A model generated the notes under the pieces. That model saw only the letters and a list, made by a program, of their open reading frames with translations. It was not told the DNA's origin and did not search any database. From assembly GCF_947563725.1 (NCBI RefSeq), contig NC_079163.1, positions 54,630,922-54,694,921 on the forward strand: 64,000 bases of DNA, in the 5' to 3' direction. Below, one piece after another: positions 23,398-36,660 of this stretch (positions are counted from its first letter, which is position 1; every line of letters begins with the position of its first letter). Source of the stretch: Argiope bruennichi (taxonomy: Eukaryota). The position numbers were made by a program, and so were the translations under genes.

Positions 23398-24550
23398 TTA
23401 GGTGATGCAGTATGTAGCTTAAAAGTTTTCGTAATATATTTACAATCAAATGTTTTAAATCAAAATATTAATCTTGAATAATTAAAATATACTAATTTCC
23501 GAATTTTGTTCACTTTCTCACGTTTCCAATAATTATTTTACCATCAAACTTTCAGAAAACCATATTTCTGCCACAGAAGGTAGCAGAAAATATTTCAAAA
23601 TGCTTAGTTTTTACTTCAAATTATTAAATTTTAGGTGATGTAGTATGTAGCTTAAAAGTTTTCGAAATATATTTACAATCAAATGTTTTAAATTAAAATA
23701 TTAATCCTGAATAATTAAAATATACTAATTTCCGAATTTTGGTCACTTTCTCACGTTTCCAATAATTATTTTACCATCAAACTTTCAGAAAACCATATTT
23801 CTGCCACAGAAGGTAGCAGAAAATATTTCAAAATGCTTAGTTTTTACTTCAAATTATTAAATTTTAGGTGATGTAGTATGTAGCTTAAAAGTTTTCGAAA
23901 TATATTTACAAGCAAATGTTTTAAATCAATATATTAATCTTGAATAATTAAAATATACTAATTTCCGAATTTTGGTCACTTTCTCACGTTTCCAATAATT
24001 ATTTTACCATCAAACTTTCAGAAAACCATATTTCTGCCACAGAAGGTAGCAGAAAATATTTCAAAATGTTTAGTTTTTACTTCAAATTATTAAATTTTAG
24101 GTGATGTAGTATGTAGCTTAAAAGTTTTCGTAATATATTTACAATCAAATGTTTTAAATCAAAATATTAATCTTGAATAATTAAAATATACAAATTTCCG
24201 AATTTTGGTCACGTTCTCACGTTTCCAATAATTATTTTACCATCAAACTTTCAGAAAACCATATTTCTGCCACAGAAGGTAGCAGAAAATATTTCAAAAT
24301 GTTTAGTTTTTACTTCAAATTATTAAATTTTAGGTGATGTAGTATGTAGCTTAAAAGTTTTCGTAATATATTTACAATCAAATGTTTTAAATCAAAATAT
24401 TAATCTTGAATAATTAAAATATACAAATTTCCGAATTTTGGTCACGTTCTCACGTTTCCAATAATTATTTTACCATCAAACTTTCAGAAAACCATATTTC
24501 TGCCACAGAAGGTAGCAGAAAATATTTCAAAATGTTTAGTTTTTACTTCA
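23398..24550. repeat. 233-bp tandem repeat, about 4.9 copies
   Basis: The landmark TTAGGTGATG recurs at 23398, 23631, 23864, 24097 and 24330, an exact 233-bp period. Units are more than 95% identical. Confidence 0.9.
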
Positions 24551-27500
24551 CCCTGTAAATGTTTATAAAGCTATTTCAGCGAGATAGATGACGGTCTGTT
24601 TTTCTCTTCCATATTTTTGGAGGCTAATGTGTTTGTTTTACTACAGCATTGAATTATATTATGCTACTCTATTATGCTGTTATAGGGTAGCAGATATACT
24701 ATATAACAGTTAATTTCGTTTTTAAAGTTATTTGACTTATTTGCAAATATTGCATCTAAATAAGGATTTTTGAAAAGCAGCACTAAATGGATTAATGGAT
24801 CTCGCATCTTTATTGCCGTAAGATTCGTAGCAAATAAAGAACAGTTAAAAATGTTTTATATTTCTCTCTCGCATCATCATCGAAAATGATGAAAATCCAG
24901 TAAATCCAGTAAATTGCGATAAATTAATTAAATTTTTAATGGAATACAATTTCTTTAATTGATACAGTACATTAAAAATTTAGAAATATGAAGGGAGAAT
25001 AATGAAATCAATTTATTTGTAGTATACTTTGACACAGTTTTCAAATAGTAACGTCATATATTTTTTTTTAATCTTTCGACTGTAAGTTGCGCTAAGGATT
25101 TCAAGTTTCATACTGGCATACTGATCGCATATCACATGAGTTAATTAACCTCCTTTGTTCTGATAATTAATGGAATGAAATATTATTAAACTGATTCATT
25201 ATTGATTGATTGTTACAATAAGACATACATAGATTAATTGGATTAAATGAAAATCACAATGTTGAACCCCAAAAAATAAGGAATGAAAGGATTTCTATTA
25301 AAAAAAATAATTGCTGTATTGTGCTTCTTTAAATAAAACCTACGATTTGAAAGAAAACTTTAAAAAATTTTTTTTAAAAACTTACAGTATTGTTTCAAAA
25401 ATTATCCTAGGCAATGTATTATGGTTATTTCACAGATTGAAAAGGAAATTTATTTTTACATTCTTTGTTTCTTGTCTTCGTATCTAAAATTTACTCAAAA
25501 CTAGTTTATTCTTTCTTAAAAACTAGTGTTTCAATTCCAAAAAGCATTTAAGATCCTTACAGCAGTATAAATTTCCTCATCAAAAATAAAAAATAAAAAT
25601 ACAAAAAAGGAAGAAATGGAAAGAATTCTAAAATAATGGAATAAAAAAAATAATAAAAAATAAACAAATGAAACATTATTAAATTGTATTCGCCTGTCTA
25701 ATTTTCTTTTTTCAGATCCATCTTCCATTCCCAAACAGTCACGATTCTGAATTCTCAGATTTCAGTTATTTCTAACTACATAAGTTAAGGAAAGTGGGTA
25801 AAATATTTTTCGATTTAAAACGAAAAGCGGAACGATGCATGAAGAAAGAAGAAGAAAAAAGGGCAAAAAGGGCCCCCTTTTTTTCGATTATTACAGAATC
25901 CAATTCAGCGTAACCAACGAAAGGGACTCATAGCGCATAAACCCGCTACAGAAACTTCTCTCGGGCCATTAGTTCCGCTGGCAGAAAACTCTTCCGTCAT
26001 AATTCTATTAAGGTCTTTTCACGAAAGACTGTGAGTTGGATATGAAAAGTTGGAACCCAACTTGATTCTTAAAACACTAAGGAGCCGGGCAATGGAAACA
26101 GATGCTACAGGGAATCTGCTTTGGATTCCGCCAAGCAAAAGAGTTATTCTTCAATCTCTAATTCATTCATACAACAATGATGAAATAAAAATAACAAATT
26201 TAATTCTGCTGCAGAAAAATACTTGTTTAAATTCGTTTATGACAAAGGAATATTCTTACAATAGATGGGAATTGTCTAGTATCTGTAGCTTGCGAATTGT
26301 TTGTTGAGACAGTTTGTTGCATTTGTATTTTAAAGAGAAAGGAACGGTTGTTGATTCATCGAATCAGTTGTTGTATACTGTCTTGTAACAAAATGCTGGG
26401 AAATACTGATTGCTGCTTTATTTTGCATACCTTAAATAAAAGCACAAAAAAATGGAAAAATATTTTTCTATGCTTGAATTCTTTCATAAAAAAACTGTTG
26501 AAACAAAGATAAGTTTATTTTAGTATGGGCATAAACAAGTATATGCTGAAAAAATATTCTCAGAAAATCTAGTAATGTTCGAGTACTTATAATTCATTTG
26601 GTGAAGAACAATTTACAGCGTTTTTAATCGAACGAATAAAGGCAGCTAGTTAATTTTTCAAACCAATCATAATACAGTATCTTATTATAAAATATCGGAA
26701 AATATCAATTGTTTTATTTTGCATACATTTAGTACCAGCAAAAAATTTCGAGTTAATATCAATTGTTTTATTTTGCATACATTTAGTACCAGCAAAAAAT
26801 TTCGAGTTACAATGCAAAGTCTTGAATTCTTTTCTATAAAACTGATAAACACAAAATAAATTTAAACCTGCATGGGCAAATACTTGTTTAATTTATTCAT
26901 ATAGTTAATGAATTCATTCTGATGTCTTTGAGGTACAAATTGTTTATTGAACAAAAATTTACTGGATTGATAATTGCACTATTTTCGTCAGAGAGAGTAA
27001 AAGATTATTATTATTGAAATTCATTTATTATACACTGTTCCTTTTAGAAGCCCGAGTCTACCACTTTTCTACAGTTCTACCACGCTAAGGAGATACATGA
27101 TCTGTCTCTGTCAAGATATGTCTTGCTAAGATCTGTCTCTGGTTATCAATTCGCGGCAAAATTCATTTTATAGACAGCATGGCTATGCTTTGTGATAAAC
27201 CTTGCATTATAGATCTTCTGTTACTGCACGCAATGCGTGCCACTCAGGTAGCTCCTCTTTCGTTCTTAAGCAATTTCCCGCACACGATTCCACTTTTACT
27301 TCGCATTTTTCAAGTAAGCCTTCATTCTTTGATAAAATTGAGCCATTATTGTATGAATAGGCCAAATAGATTTGCTTTTTCAAGATCTGATCTTAGATCA
27401 ACCCTGCTGAAATACATAATTATACCTTTTTCTCAAGTTACTGAAATACCTTGTTTTCTCATAAACAAGCAAATTATAAGGTAGGTTTATTGATGTTTCT

Positions 27501-29018
27501 GACATAGAGAAAGCTTTTTAACAATAAATCCATTTTATAATGTCGGCGCATGGATTGCTGGGTCAAGTCGAGATTGAAATATGTGTGGTATTTCTAATAT
27601 TTTGGTCACACATTGTAATACTTTGATGAATTTTTGCTAAAATTACTTAGGTATACAATATTTTATGGGAATCGCATCTCCCTAAAAAGTGTACATTTAT
27701 TTCCTCTGTACGATACTTGTTGTTTCGAATAACCTCTTTAAAACTGAAACATGGCTATGGGTACCTTATCATGTCCTTCTATCTCCTTTTCATTTCTTGG
27801 CGCAGCATAGCCATGTCTGGCTTTTGCGCCATTAAAATCCAATCAATCAATCAATCTCCTTTTCCGTTCCACACGTTGTATGACAGACTGTGTCGGAGAG
27901 AAGAATTATTGAGTTCTCGAAAAAAAATGGAATGAAAAAATAGAATAAATTAAATTTTCTCATAAGAAATTAATAAAAAATTAATACAATTGTACCATAT
28001 TCAAGTCTAAAATCAACAAGTCTTTTGTATAGCCCAAGATATATGCATGTGCCAGCTTTTTAATATTTTGAAAATTAGCACCTCAATTGGAATAATATTA
28101 TTAATGCTAATATATATATTTACATTCAAAGCAATTATTAGTATTTGGAAATGCGGCGTTAAATATCAGTTTCACATACATTTTAATTCATTCTGCTGAT
28201 AAAATAATTATAATTATTTTGTCGACAGGTAGCATTTCATTTTTTTTCTAACAAAAACAATTTAGCCCTAATTTTATATTTCAAGCAATTTCTTTCACAG
28301 TAAAGCAAATCATCTATGCATACTGGCCTTGCTAAGTCATATTTCATTATCTCTTCTATGGTATATACATCTTCAATAACTGCAGAATTTTTATTTATTT
28401 CAATTTAATGGCTCGTATTCAGAAGTTGCAAATGCATCTAGAAAAAAATATCAATTTTTAAAAGCATGGATACATTACACATGTAACGGAAATAAGTTTT
28501 TTGCTGTCTCTCATATAATCTGTGCAAAAATAATTTGAAGTTTAAAAGCCAGCGAATGTATTTTAATAACAATCATTTCAGTTTTCTTCTAGGATAGCGC
28601 AAATCGAAAATAAAAAAGAAATATTTGTAAATTTTGGTTTTATTTTTATATATGGCTTTATACAAAGTTGAAGAAAATCAAATGTAGTTGCAAATATCTC
28701 TAAATGCGAGTAGCAAAATATCTCTAAATACGAGTAGTAAAATATCTCTAAAAAAATCTCTTCCCTGAGGAATTTGAACCAAAATTTTCAAAAATATTTT
28801 CAGTTTTTCTCTACGTACTACATAAAAAAAATTTCGCTAATGTAGCTCACTGAATTTTTCGTTATCGTGTTCACTTACCCTTGGGTTGGCAGAGAGACCA
28901 CAGTTTTAGTATCTATGAAGGTTTAAAATGTGGTCTCGAAACCCAATTATTGGAAGATTGCAACACTATTATTATATTAGTCGGCTGTTATTCATGCTAA
29001 TGGGAGTTTTTACTTTAA

Positions 29019-29344
29019 CCCTTTAAAGGGCCATTTTTTTCTAGTAATGGTATTTTAACCCTTTAATGGGCCATTTTTTTCTAGTCATATTGTGTTAAAA
29101 TATTTTTAGGCTTAAAATTAGAATAAGAAAAGGGATTCATTTAGCTTATTAGATAAACTTAATTTGGTTAATTAATAATTAAGTAACAAATCAAGACACA
29201 TAATTTTGATTGAGATAAAGAACTGAAGCATTTAAGTTTCTGTCTTTCTAAAAAAATTTATCTGAACTTATGCCAACCTACATAAATTCATACAAAGATT
29301 GATAAATTTGGTGGGAAGCATACCTCCCACGGCCTTAGAAAGGG
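29019..29344 (-). mobile_element. piggyBac-like MITE copy 2, with TTAA on both flanks and a tandemly duplicated terminal 40 bp
   Basis: TTAA lies at 29015-29018 and 29345-29348. The termini are CCCTTTAAAGGGCC... and ...GGCCTTAGAAAGGG. It is the reverse complement of copy 1 (1766-2068) at about 90% identity. The 40-bp terminal segment at 29015-29054 is repeated at 29055-29094. Confidence 0.65.
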
Positions 29345-29348
29345 TTAA

Positions 29349-29615
29349 AATTTCAGAATTCAGAGACTTAAGAAAAGGAATTCATTCAATTTATTACATA
29401 AATATAATTTGATTCATTAATTAATTTTGTTAATTAATAATATAATAAATCAAGATGCATTATTTTGTTTGAGATAAGAAGCTGGGGCATCCAAGTTTCT
29501 GCTTTATTGAAAATTTGTGAGAATATCTGCAAGACTACATAACTGCATACAAAGATTGATGAATTTGGTGGGAATTTAAGAAACCCAGTATGTTACTGTC
29601 ATCCCTAGAAAAGGG
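29349..29615 (-). mobile_element. piggyBac-like MITE copy 3, adjacent to copy 2, one end truncated, carrying an internal insertion of about 28 bp
   Basis: The right terminus is ...CCCTAGAAAAGGG at 29603-29615, followed by TTGA. The internal sequence aligns to copy 2 at about 80%. Confidence 0.55.
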
Positions 29616-32541
29616 TTGACAGTAACATAAGCATTAATTGTTTTAATATCAGTAACGAGGGGAAAACGCTTTCAAGAATAGCAATGACAAATAAATGTTT
29701 TTGACGAAATGAGGAATAAAGATAATTGGGATGACTTCCACAGTACCAATTATTATTTTTTCAAAATATAAAAGATTAATACAACTAAAAAATGCATTAA
29801 AGTTTTACTTCTTTAACTTGCAAAAGCCCAATATGTGCTTTAATATAACATTATAAATACGAAATTGGGTTTTCATTTTAATTTTCTCGTATTAAAACAG
29901 AACTACTTCGGTTCTCATTCCAGTGATCACTGGTAGGACAGAAATACTTCAGTTACAACGACAAATGGAATAAAATCCAAAAACAAATATGGCAAATCAG
30001 CTCGGGAATATTGAAATCTCAACATTTGTGGTTTTCATAAGTGTTCTTTGAAAATTTTCGTTTAGGATTATAAAAAAAATGCGGAAAAAGAGAAAATGCA
30101 TGGATCTGCCACATCATGGTAAACAAGTTCTGAAACAGTCATATTGATATTATCCATTGAACATTTCATTATCAAGGATGAAAATTTAAGGCATGTGACT
30201 TAAGTTCAAGAGGACTTTTTTGAAAAACGTCCAAAAATAGTTATATTTTTGAATATTTGTATAAAAAAAAATTGTAAAAACGTCTATGAAACCAAAATGC
30301 ACCAATAAAGAGGCAAATGTTTATGGAAAACGAAAAAAAAATTATTCTTTTGCAAAAAAGAGGTCTGGAGCAAATATCTTCTAGTTTAGAAATTTATCAA
30401 ATGGTTTGCTTAAAATTTTGCAGATAATTTAAGAAATAGATTATCTAGTTCCTTAGCTAAAAACTAAGCATTATTGTTATCTATTCTCTAAACAGTGGAG
30501 TTTGACTGATAAATAACAAGAAATTTTCAATTTTTTTATCACATTATGAAGCATTAAAACAATTATATTTCTAAATAAATAGATTACTTATTCTCTAGTT
30601 CAGGAACTGCAGAACATATTGAGAAATTATTATACCAAATTGGAACAAAAATATACATTACATTTTAATTTGATAAAATTCCTTCAAAGATTAGAATTTG
30701 AGAAAAAAGCATCTAAAACTGTAAAAAAAAGCATTAAAAAAGTAAGGAAATGCAAATATAAAAATCAGTGTAACCTCCCAAAAAATAGACTTAAAAACAA
30801 AACTCTAACGGTTTTATAAAGAAATCTGTTCAAACATTAAGAATAGCAAATTAAAAAACAATTGATAAATTCGCAAAAAATCGACTTTTTGCCGTAGTCA
30901 CTAGCCTTAATTATGTAGAAATTATTTCTAAGCCATATTCATCTAATCCCAAGATATAGTTTTCGTATACCTTAAGAAAAGGTTGATTACCAATACCGTA
31001 GATCATTTCCGTTTTTGAAATAAGCTATAATCAGCAAAGAATATGGGAGTTAAAATAAATACTAAGATTGAAGAGATAAGAATTAGTTGTGTTGATTCAT
31101 GCAAATAATTAATTTATAATATTAAACTGATTTAGTTTCGCATTAAAATTCTTTTCATTTTGCAGACTTTACTTCTACAGACATCAGAAGTAAACGCTAA
31201 ATTTCGGCAAAAAATTGATACAAATTCGGCCTTGATTTGATACCTTAATTTTATTTCATTGTAAATATGGTTTCTTGAAATAAATTTGGAAGAAAGATAG
31301 ATATATTCCACTGTTTGATTTGTTTTTAAAAAGATTAAATTTTATTCCATCTTCAAATTAATAGTCAGAAAAATATGTTATAAAACAAATGAGTCGGTTT
31401 GCAAATTGCGAAAGAATCCCTAGTTCACATGTTTATTAATTAGAAATAACGATTTAGATTATAGCGTCATTATTCTAGAGATAAAAATATTAATTCCTCG
31501 AAATATTAAAAGCATAGATTTTTTAACAGAAACGGAAAGTTAGAAGTCATTTCCTCAAAGCAAACACGCCAGTAATGAATAATTAAAATAGTTGATAAAA
31601 TGAAAGATTGCTTCTAAGAACGGTTTTTATAAAACTTAATACATCTGCCTATATAAAATAAACACCTTTAAATTGCGTAAAATGAGATTTTCAAAATCCA
31701 CATTAAAATCAAAATTTAAAAGATGCTAAGACACATAAATGCATATTTTTCAAATTAATTGAATTTCGTTGAAAAAATGAGCTTTAATGTTAATTAATTT
31801 TTACCACTTTTCATCTTTTACAATATTGAAAATTATTCTATTAAGTTTCTAGAAATATTTCTATTCTTGAATTCTCTCTAGCTAGTAAAACGAGGTAATA
31901 AAATTTAAGAATGTTACTGAATCAAAAGTTAAAATGTAAAAGGACATCTTAGCTTGCATAACTTAAGTGCATGGAATTTTTAAAAATATCACTTTTTTAC
32001 ACTAAATAACTTTATTTGAACATACACAATGCATTTTTGCTGGCAAACAGCCCAGATTTAATAATGCCTCGAGCAGCATCTAAGATATCTCAGGCAATTT
32101 AAAAGAAATATTCTGTAGCTTTCTAATTTGCTTATCTCATAGTAAAATTCACAAGACTTTATTACATATCATGTATTGCAACGATTCTTCATTTTTTATT
32201 ACTTATGTCACAAAAATGTAAATTGCTTGTGTGAAACATTTTAAAGTTAGCATTTCATAGGCGATAACAAAAATTTTGAATAAAAAAACAACCTTCTTGT
32301 CAGGTCATTTATTTTAAGTTTAAAGTTCTTCCAATTTAAAAGATACCTAAATTAAAACGACTTATTCAGTTAGTAAGAAACATAATTTTTTTAACACAAT
32401 GAGGGGAATACTTGCTTCCTTCAATTCTTTAATATTATTTAGAATTATTGAATACAAAATTTGAGTATAATACAAAAAAAAAAATATTCTTTGAAAATCT
32501 CGTTCATCAATTTAAATAGCTATTTTCCACCTTACCACCTA

Positions 32542-32810
32542 GGGCCGCAGTGGTCTGGTGGTAAGGTTTCGGCTTCGGAACCGGAGAGTTTCAGGTACGA
32601 GACCCGATTCCACCGAAGAACCGTCCTGTAAGCGGGTCTGGTGCACGTTCGTCGGGGTCAAACGACCTCCCACCGGTGTGGTGTGGAAGTTTGGAAAGGG
32701 GTTGCAAGCTCAGGTGTCGTCCTCGTTATCTGACTGCGGTTCAAAATTACAAGGTCCGTCCCAAAATAGCCCTAGTGTTGTTTTAAAACGGGATGTTAAT
32801 ATAACTAAAC
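32542..32810 (+). mobile_element. tRNA-derived SINE family 1, full-length reference copy of about 270 bp
   Basis: The tRNA-like head GGGCCGCAGTGGTCTGGTGGTAAGG...GGTACGAGACCCGATTCC has an A box (TGGTCTGGTGG) and a B box (GGTACGAGACC). The conserved body is ...GGTGTGGTGTGGAAGTTTGG...GGTCCGTCCCAAAATAGCCCTAG... and the 3' end is GTTAATATAACTAAA. At least 8 other copies occur in the window. Confidence 0.8.
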
Positions 32811-32847
32811 ATAGGCTCCTAAAATTCCGATATCGTAGAGCAAACCT

Positions 32848-32982
32848 CCTGCCTTTGGTGTGGCGCACAAGTTTGGACAGGGAAGCGATAGCTTAAGTGT
32901 ATTCCTCTTCATCTGACCTAAGGCTCAAAATTAAAGACTCTTGTGTTGCTTCAGAATAAGGCGATAATATAATTAAATTCCT
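32848..32982 (+). mobile_element. SINE family 1, partial copy (3' half), lying 40 bp downstream of the full copy
   Basis: CCTCCTGCCTTTGGTGTGGCGCACAAGTTTGGACAGGG...CTCAAAATTAAAGACTC...ATAATATAATTAAAT aligns to the SINE 3' half. Confidence 0.65.
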
Positions 32983-35092
32983 TCTTTCCAATAAGAGGAC
33001 ATATATTAAATATCAGTCTAGATTTTTCTTTTAATTTTGATTTTCTTCTATATTTCTTTACTAATAAATATAATAGCTGTAATGAGTATTTTTGAGCTTT
33101 TAAAGCTAAAAAGGAAAAATAAATAAGCAGCATATCTCCAGCCCCTTCCGAATGGAAATACTGTAACAAGATAAAACTCTTTAGATCAAATTAACTCAAT
33201 CCAGTAGATTCAGCAACATTTATAATAATAAACAAGTTTTTTTCAGAAATACCATATTTTACTATCTATAATTTGCAATCTGAGCAGAATGCAGATAAAT
33301 ATAATTTTTAGCCCTTTGCATTCGTAAGTCGAATCAGACTTGCTGTTCTGAATGAAGAATCGCTTTCACCTTCTTGCTTAGATAAAGATTTTCACCTTCT
33401 TGCTTAGATAAAGATTATTATCAAATCCATTTAACAACAAAAACTCTAAAAATAATTTTTAGGAATTAAAGTATATAAATTAGTGTATTTTTCAGCTTCT
33501 TAAGTACTAAAATCAGTCTTTACATTTACACATACATATACGCATCTTATTTATTTTTTGAATACGAAGTGCTAGTTCTTATTTGAAACAGGTGTGGTAA
33601 CTTTTTTACCCTTTAAACCTAGGCACGCAATGACTTGAATTCATTACTGAATGCTAATATATGAAAAGGTCGTACTGAAACGAATAATTCATATCAAATG
33701 AATCATTCGTTTGATACGAAACAATTTTCAACATATATTTTCTTTAGTGAAACATTCTTGCTAAAATTGTTCCGATTTGTTAGATTCTGAATAAAAGCTT
33801 TTGCTGTTGGCAGCTGTTGCTGTTTTGATTGTATTTTAAATTGAATTTTTTTTTTATTTCATCCTATACTTTTATTTCAAATAAAATGCTAAGAAATGCA
33901 TCGTTTTTCTCGTAAGGTAAATTTCATAATCATGAAATAGACATAATAAAAAATAAATATTTTGGAATGTGTCAAAATGGTGAATGAATTTTAAATCCCC
34001 TTCAAATTTAAACAAAAAAAAAGATGATAAACACATTCAAAAAATATGTTGGACACATTCAAAAAAGATCTTGGACGCATTGAAAAAAAGATCTTAGATC
34101 CATGCATTTTTAATTCGGTGAATGTTGAATATTTCTGCAATGCTTTACGATTATTCTGAAAAAATAATCAAGATTTTTTCATACTTTATCCTGATCTCCA
34201 TCTTTGAATTGATTTATAAATTTCTTATTATTAACAAATAAACACCTCATCTTGAGCTAATATCATTTGGAAATCAATAACTATATCTGTATTCGAGTCT
34301 GTCTGCAATCTTTGGAAATAGCTAACAAAAATACAAAAGTCCATACATAATAGATCGTAGAGAACTTTTACAGTCAGCATCACGACTCACAGTTTAATAT
34401 GTAAGGGGGAGGGAATGAAGATTTTATTCCCAATATATTCTTTAGATGTATTATGGTCTTCTGACCCTGAGTAAATCATAATCGGCATTCCCATTTTTCT
34501 TTTTGACGTCTTTTTATGCCACAATGCCACTCGGACATCAGAACATCAGGGGCTGTATCCCCAGGAAAATAACAATAAATTATAAATCGCAACACATATA
34601 TCATAAATGCTTCTGCGAATATATCTAAAACTTTTTCCTCCATGGAAATCTCTTTATTTTGAATTGCGTGCATGTTTTCATATTGCATAGAACTAATCAT
34701 TTTCAAACAAGATAAACCTTTTATTTTTATTGTACGGCAGGCCCAAATCTGGCCTGATACGGCTAATTTTGTTTCAAAATTGAGACTTCCTTCATAACAG
34801 TTTGATCCAAAACATAATTGCTAAAAAAAGAAAATTGGTTTTTATTTATTATTAAATTCAACTTTTTTGATGTTAACTCATCTTAATTTTTTATTATGAT
34901 TTTGGATTATTTGGAAATAGCACTTTCCATGCTGTGTAATGCAAAAGTAGCATAATTGAGTGAGGTTAATTTCCAATTTCTTTATGAAAAGTAACAATGC
35001 ATAACGTGATTAGATGGATTCTTTAGTATCACTGGAACCATAAAACACTTGCCATATTCTTACATCATCCTCATTTTCCGAAATATAACTCC

Positions 35093-35346
35093 TGCAGGAT
35101 TCCAAGTTCGAGACCCGATTCCATTAAAGATCCGTCGCGTATGCAGCCCTATTGCACGTTAAATCTGGCGTTGAGTGCCAAATGTTCTTCCGTTGGTGTG
35201 GTGCGGAAATTTGAAGAAGTGGTGCCAGCTCAGGTATCTTCCTCTTCATTTGACCAGGGTTCGAAATTTCAAGGTCCATTCCAAAATAGCCCTTATATTG
35301 CTTCCTAACGGAATGTTAATATAACTAAACTAAACTAAACTAAACT
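35093..35346 (+). mobile_element. SINE family 1 copy, 5'-truncated by about 40 bp, with an (AAACT)4 tail
   Basis: ...TCCAAGTTCGAGACCCGATTCCATTAAAGATCCGTCGCGTATGCAG...GGTCCATTCCAAAATAGCCCTTAT...GTTAATATAACTAAACTAAACTAAACTAAACTG. Confidence 0.75.
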
Positions 35347-36584
35347 GATTAATCTGAAATGTAATTTTCCTTTCTGATTTGGATATATGTATGCAAATTT
35401 TACTTTATTTTTTGAAAAGTTAATTTAGTTAAGGGACGGTGGACTGTAATAGGCATTTTTGAGAATTATTCACTTAGAGTTATGAAATTTTTATGTATAT
35501 GTATTATAATATAAATACGTCAAATTTCTTTTTAAAAAAACTTTTAAAAACGAAATATTTTTTAAAAGTTAAGATATATCATTTTTTTTAAATTTCAAAA
35601 TATTTCAGGCGACTCAATTTTTTATTTAATTTAATTTTTTTTTTACCTTTTTATCCAATATAATTTTATTTGTAATAAAACTGTGTGTGATTTAGTAATT
35701 CCAATTAAGTTCTAATGTTTTAGAAATATTTTAATATACACTCACTGAATTTTTATAAGAATTTCATGTTTTTCGGAACTAAAATTAACTTTTCACTATC
35801 TAAAAAAACACTAGAAATATAAAAAGCATACCCTATGTTCTTTAATGTTTAATTGAAATCTTTATTATCAATTAATTCTATTTAATTTCTTCAAAAACTA
35901 AGACATCTGGAACATTTCCAAGATATTTAAATCTAACTACAATATCATTTTCGGAAAGTAATTAAAATGTGCGTTTATTTTTCTACGCCTTTGAAATGTC
36001 TGCTTTATTGAATACTAGCCGCCTTTGGCGACCAGCCGGTTCGCCAATCTTAATGTTCGTTAAAATTTTAATAATTAAATATTTTATGCAATTTCTACTT
36101 TAATAGCTTCTTCATCAAAATATTTTAAAACTTCAAATTTTGATTATCATATAATTCATTCATAATATTATAAAGGCCTTCAGTCATAACGTAATATGTA
36201 TCTCTCTCATTTTCTGTTAGCACCCGTAGAATTTATGCTTTAAATTAAAGTGGAAAGAATTTATCTTCAATTAATATAATAATATTTTTTACTGAAACAA
36301 AGCATTTTTTTATAATCTGATTACTGAAAATAGAGTCACTCAGCGTTTAAACTTTATGGGCACTAAAGAATATTTTTTTAAATTTATGTAATATCTCAAG
36401 AGTTGGTCAACAAAATTTTCTTAGATTCATTATGAGCAGATCGATTCATTAACAATGTTTAAATTTAAATGCATCAAACACTAAGAAAATAAAACGAATC
36501 GTTTAAAATAAACGGTTGAAAACAGGTTTTAAAAAAACTACTTAAAAAACGTTGTACTTAAAACTATAAGCATATACATGTTGC

Positions 36585-36660
36585 CATGGCAACAATCAGA
36601 ACAGAATGCGCATGCGTGAATTTTCTTCGCCGGTTACGTAACGCAAATACGTGATTTTTT
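36585..36660. promoter_or_regulatory. cluster of perfect palindromic motifs: GTTGCCATGGCAAC (canonical RFX X-box), GCGCATGCG (NRF1-like), GTTACGTAAC (PAR-bZIP-like)
   Basis: The motifs were read directly: 14-bp, 8-bp and 10-bp perfect palindromes lie within about 70 bp, in a locally GC-richer island. The cluster is bracketed by direct repeats of about 90 bp at 36425-36510 and 36745-36835. Confidence 0.3.

Noticed and set aside
25840-26310. GC-richer segment with an AAAAAGGG-CC-CCCTTTTT hairpin and an 85-codon ORF (26050-26307) that looked like a possible 5' exon
   Set aside because: The ORF has no recognisable motif, and there are no convincing promoter or splice signals. It is retained only as a compositional anomaly.
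27176-27830. Inverted copies of AGCATGGCTATGCT about 630 bp apart that looked like MITE TIRs, flanking the 101-codon ORF at 27179-27484
   Set aside because: The 14-mer is itself nearly palindromic, so forward and reverse copies are the same sequence. No TSD and no further terminal similarity were found. The enclosed ORF has no recognisable motif. It is left unannotated.
32558-32896. 112-codon + strand ORF (MVRFRLRNRRVSGTRPDS...) and the similar 87-codon ORF at 52427-52690
   Set aside because: Both lie inside SINE family 1 copies. The similarity between the two 'proteins' reflects SINE homology. SINEs are non-coding. The minus-strand ORF at 22129-22341 is likewise inside a SINE fragment.
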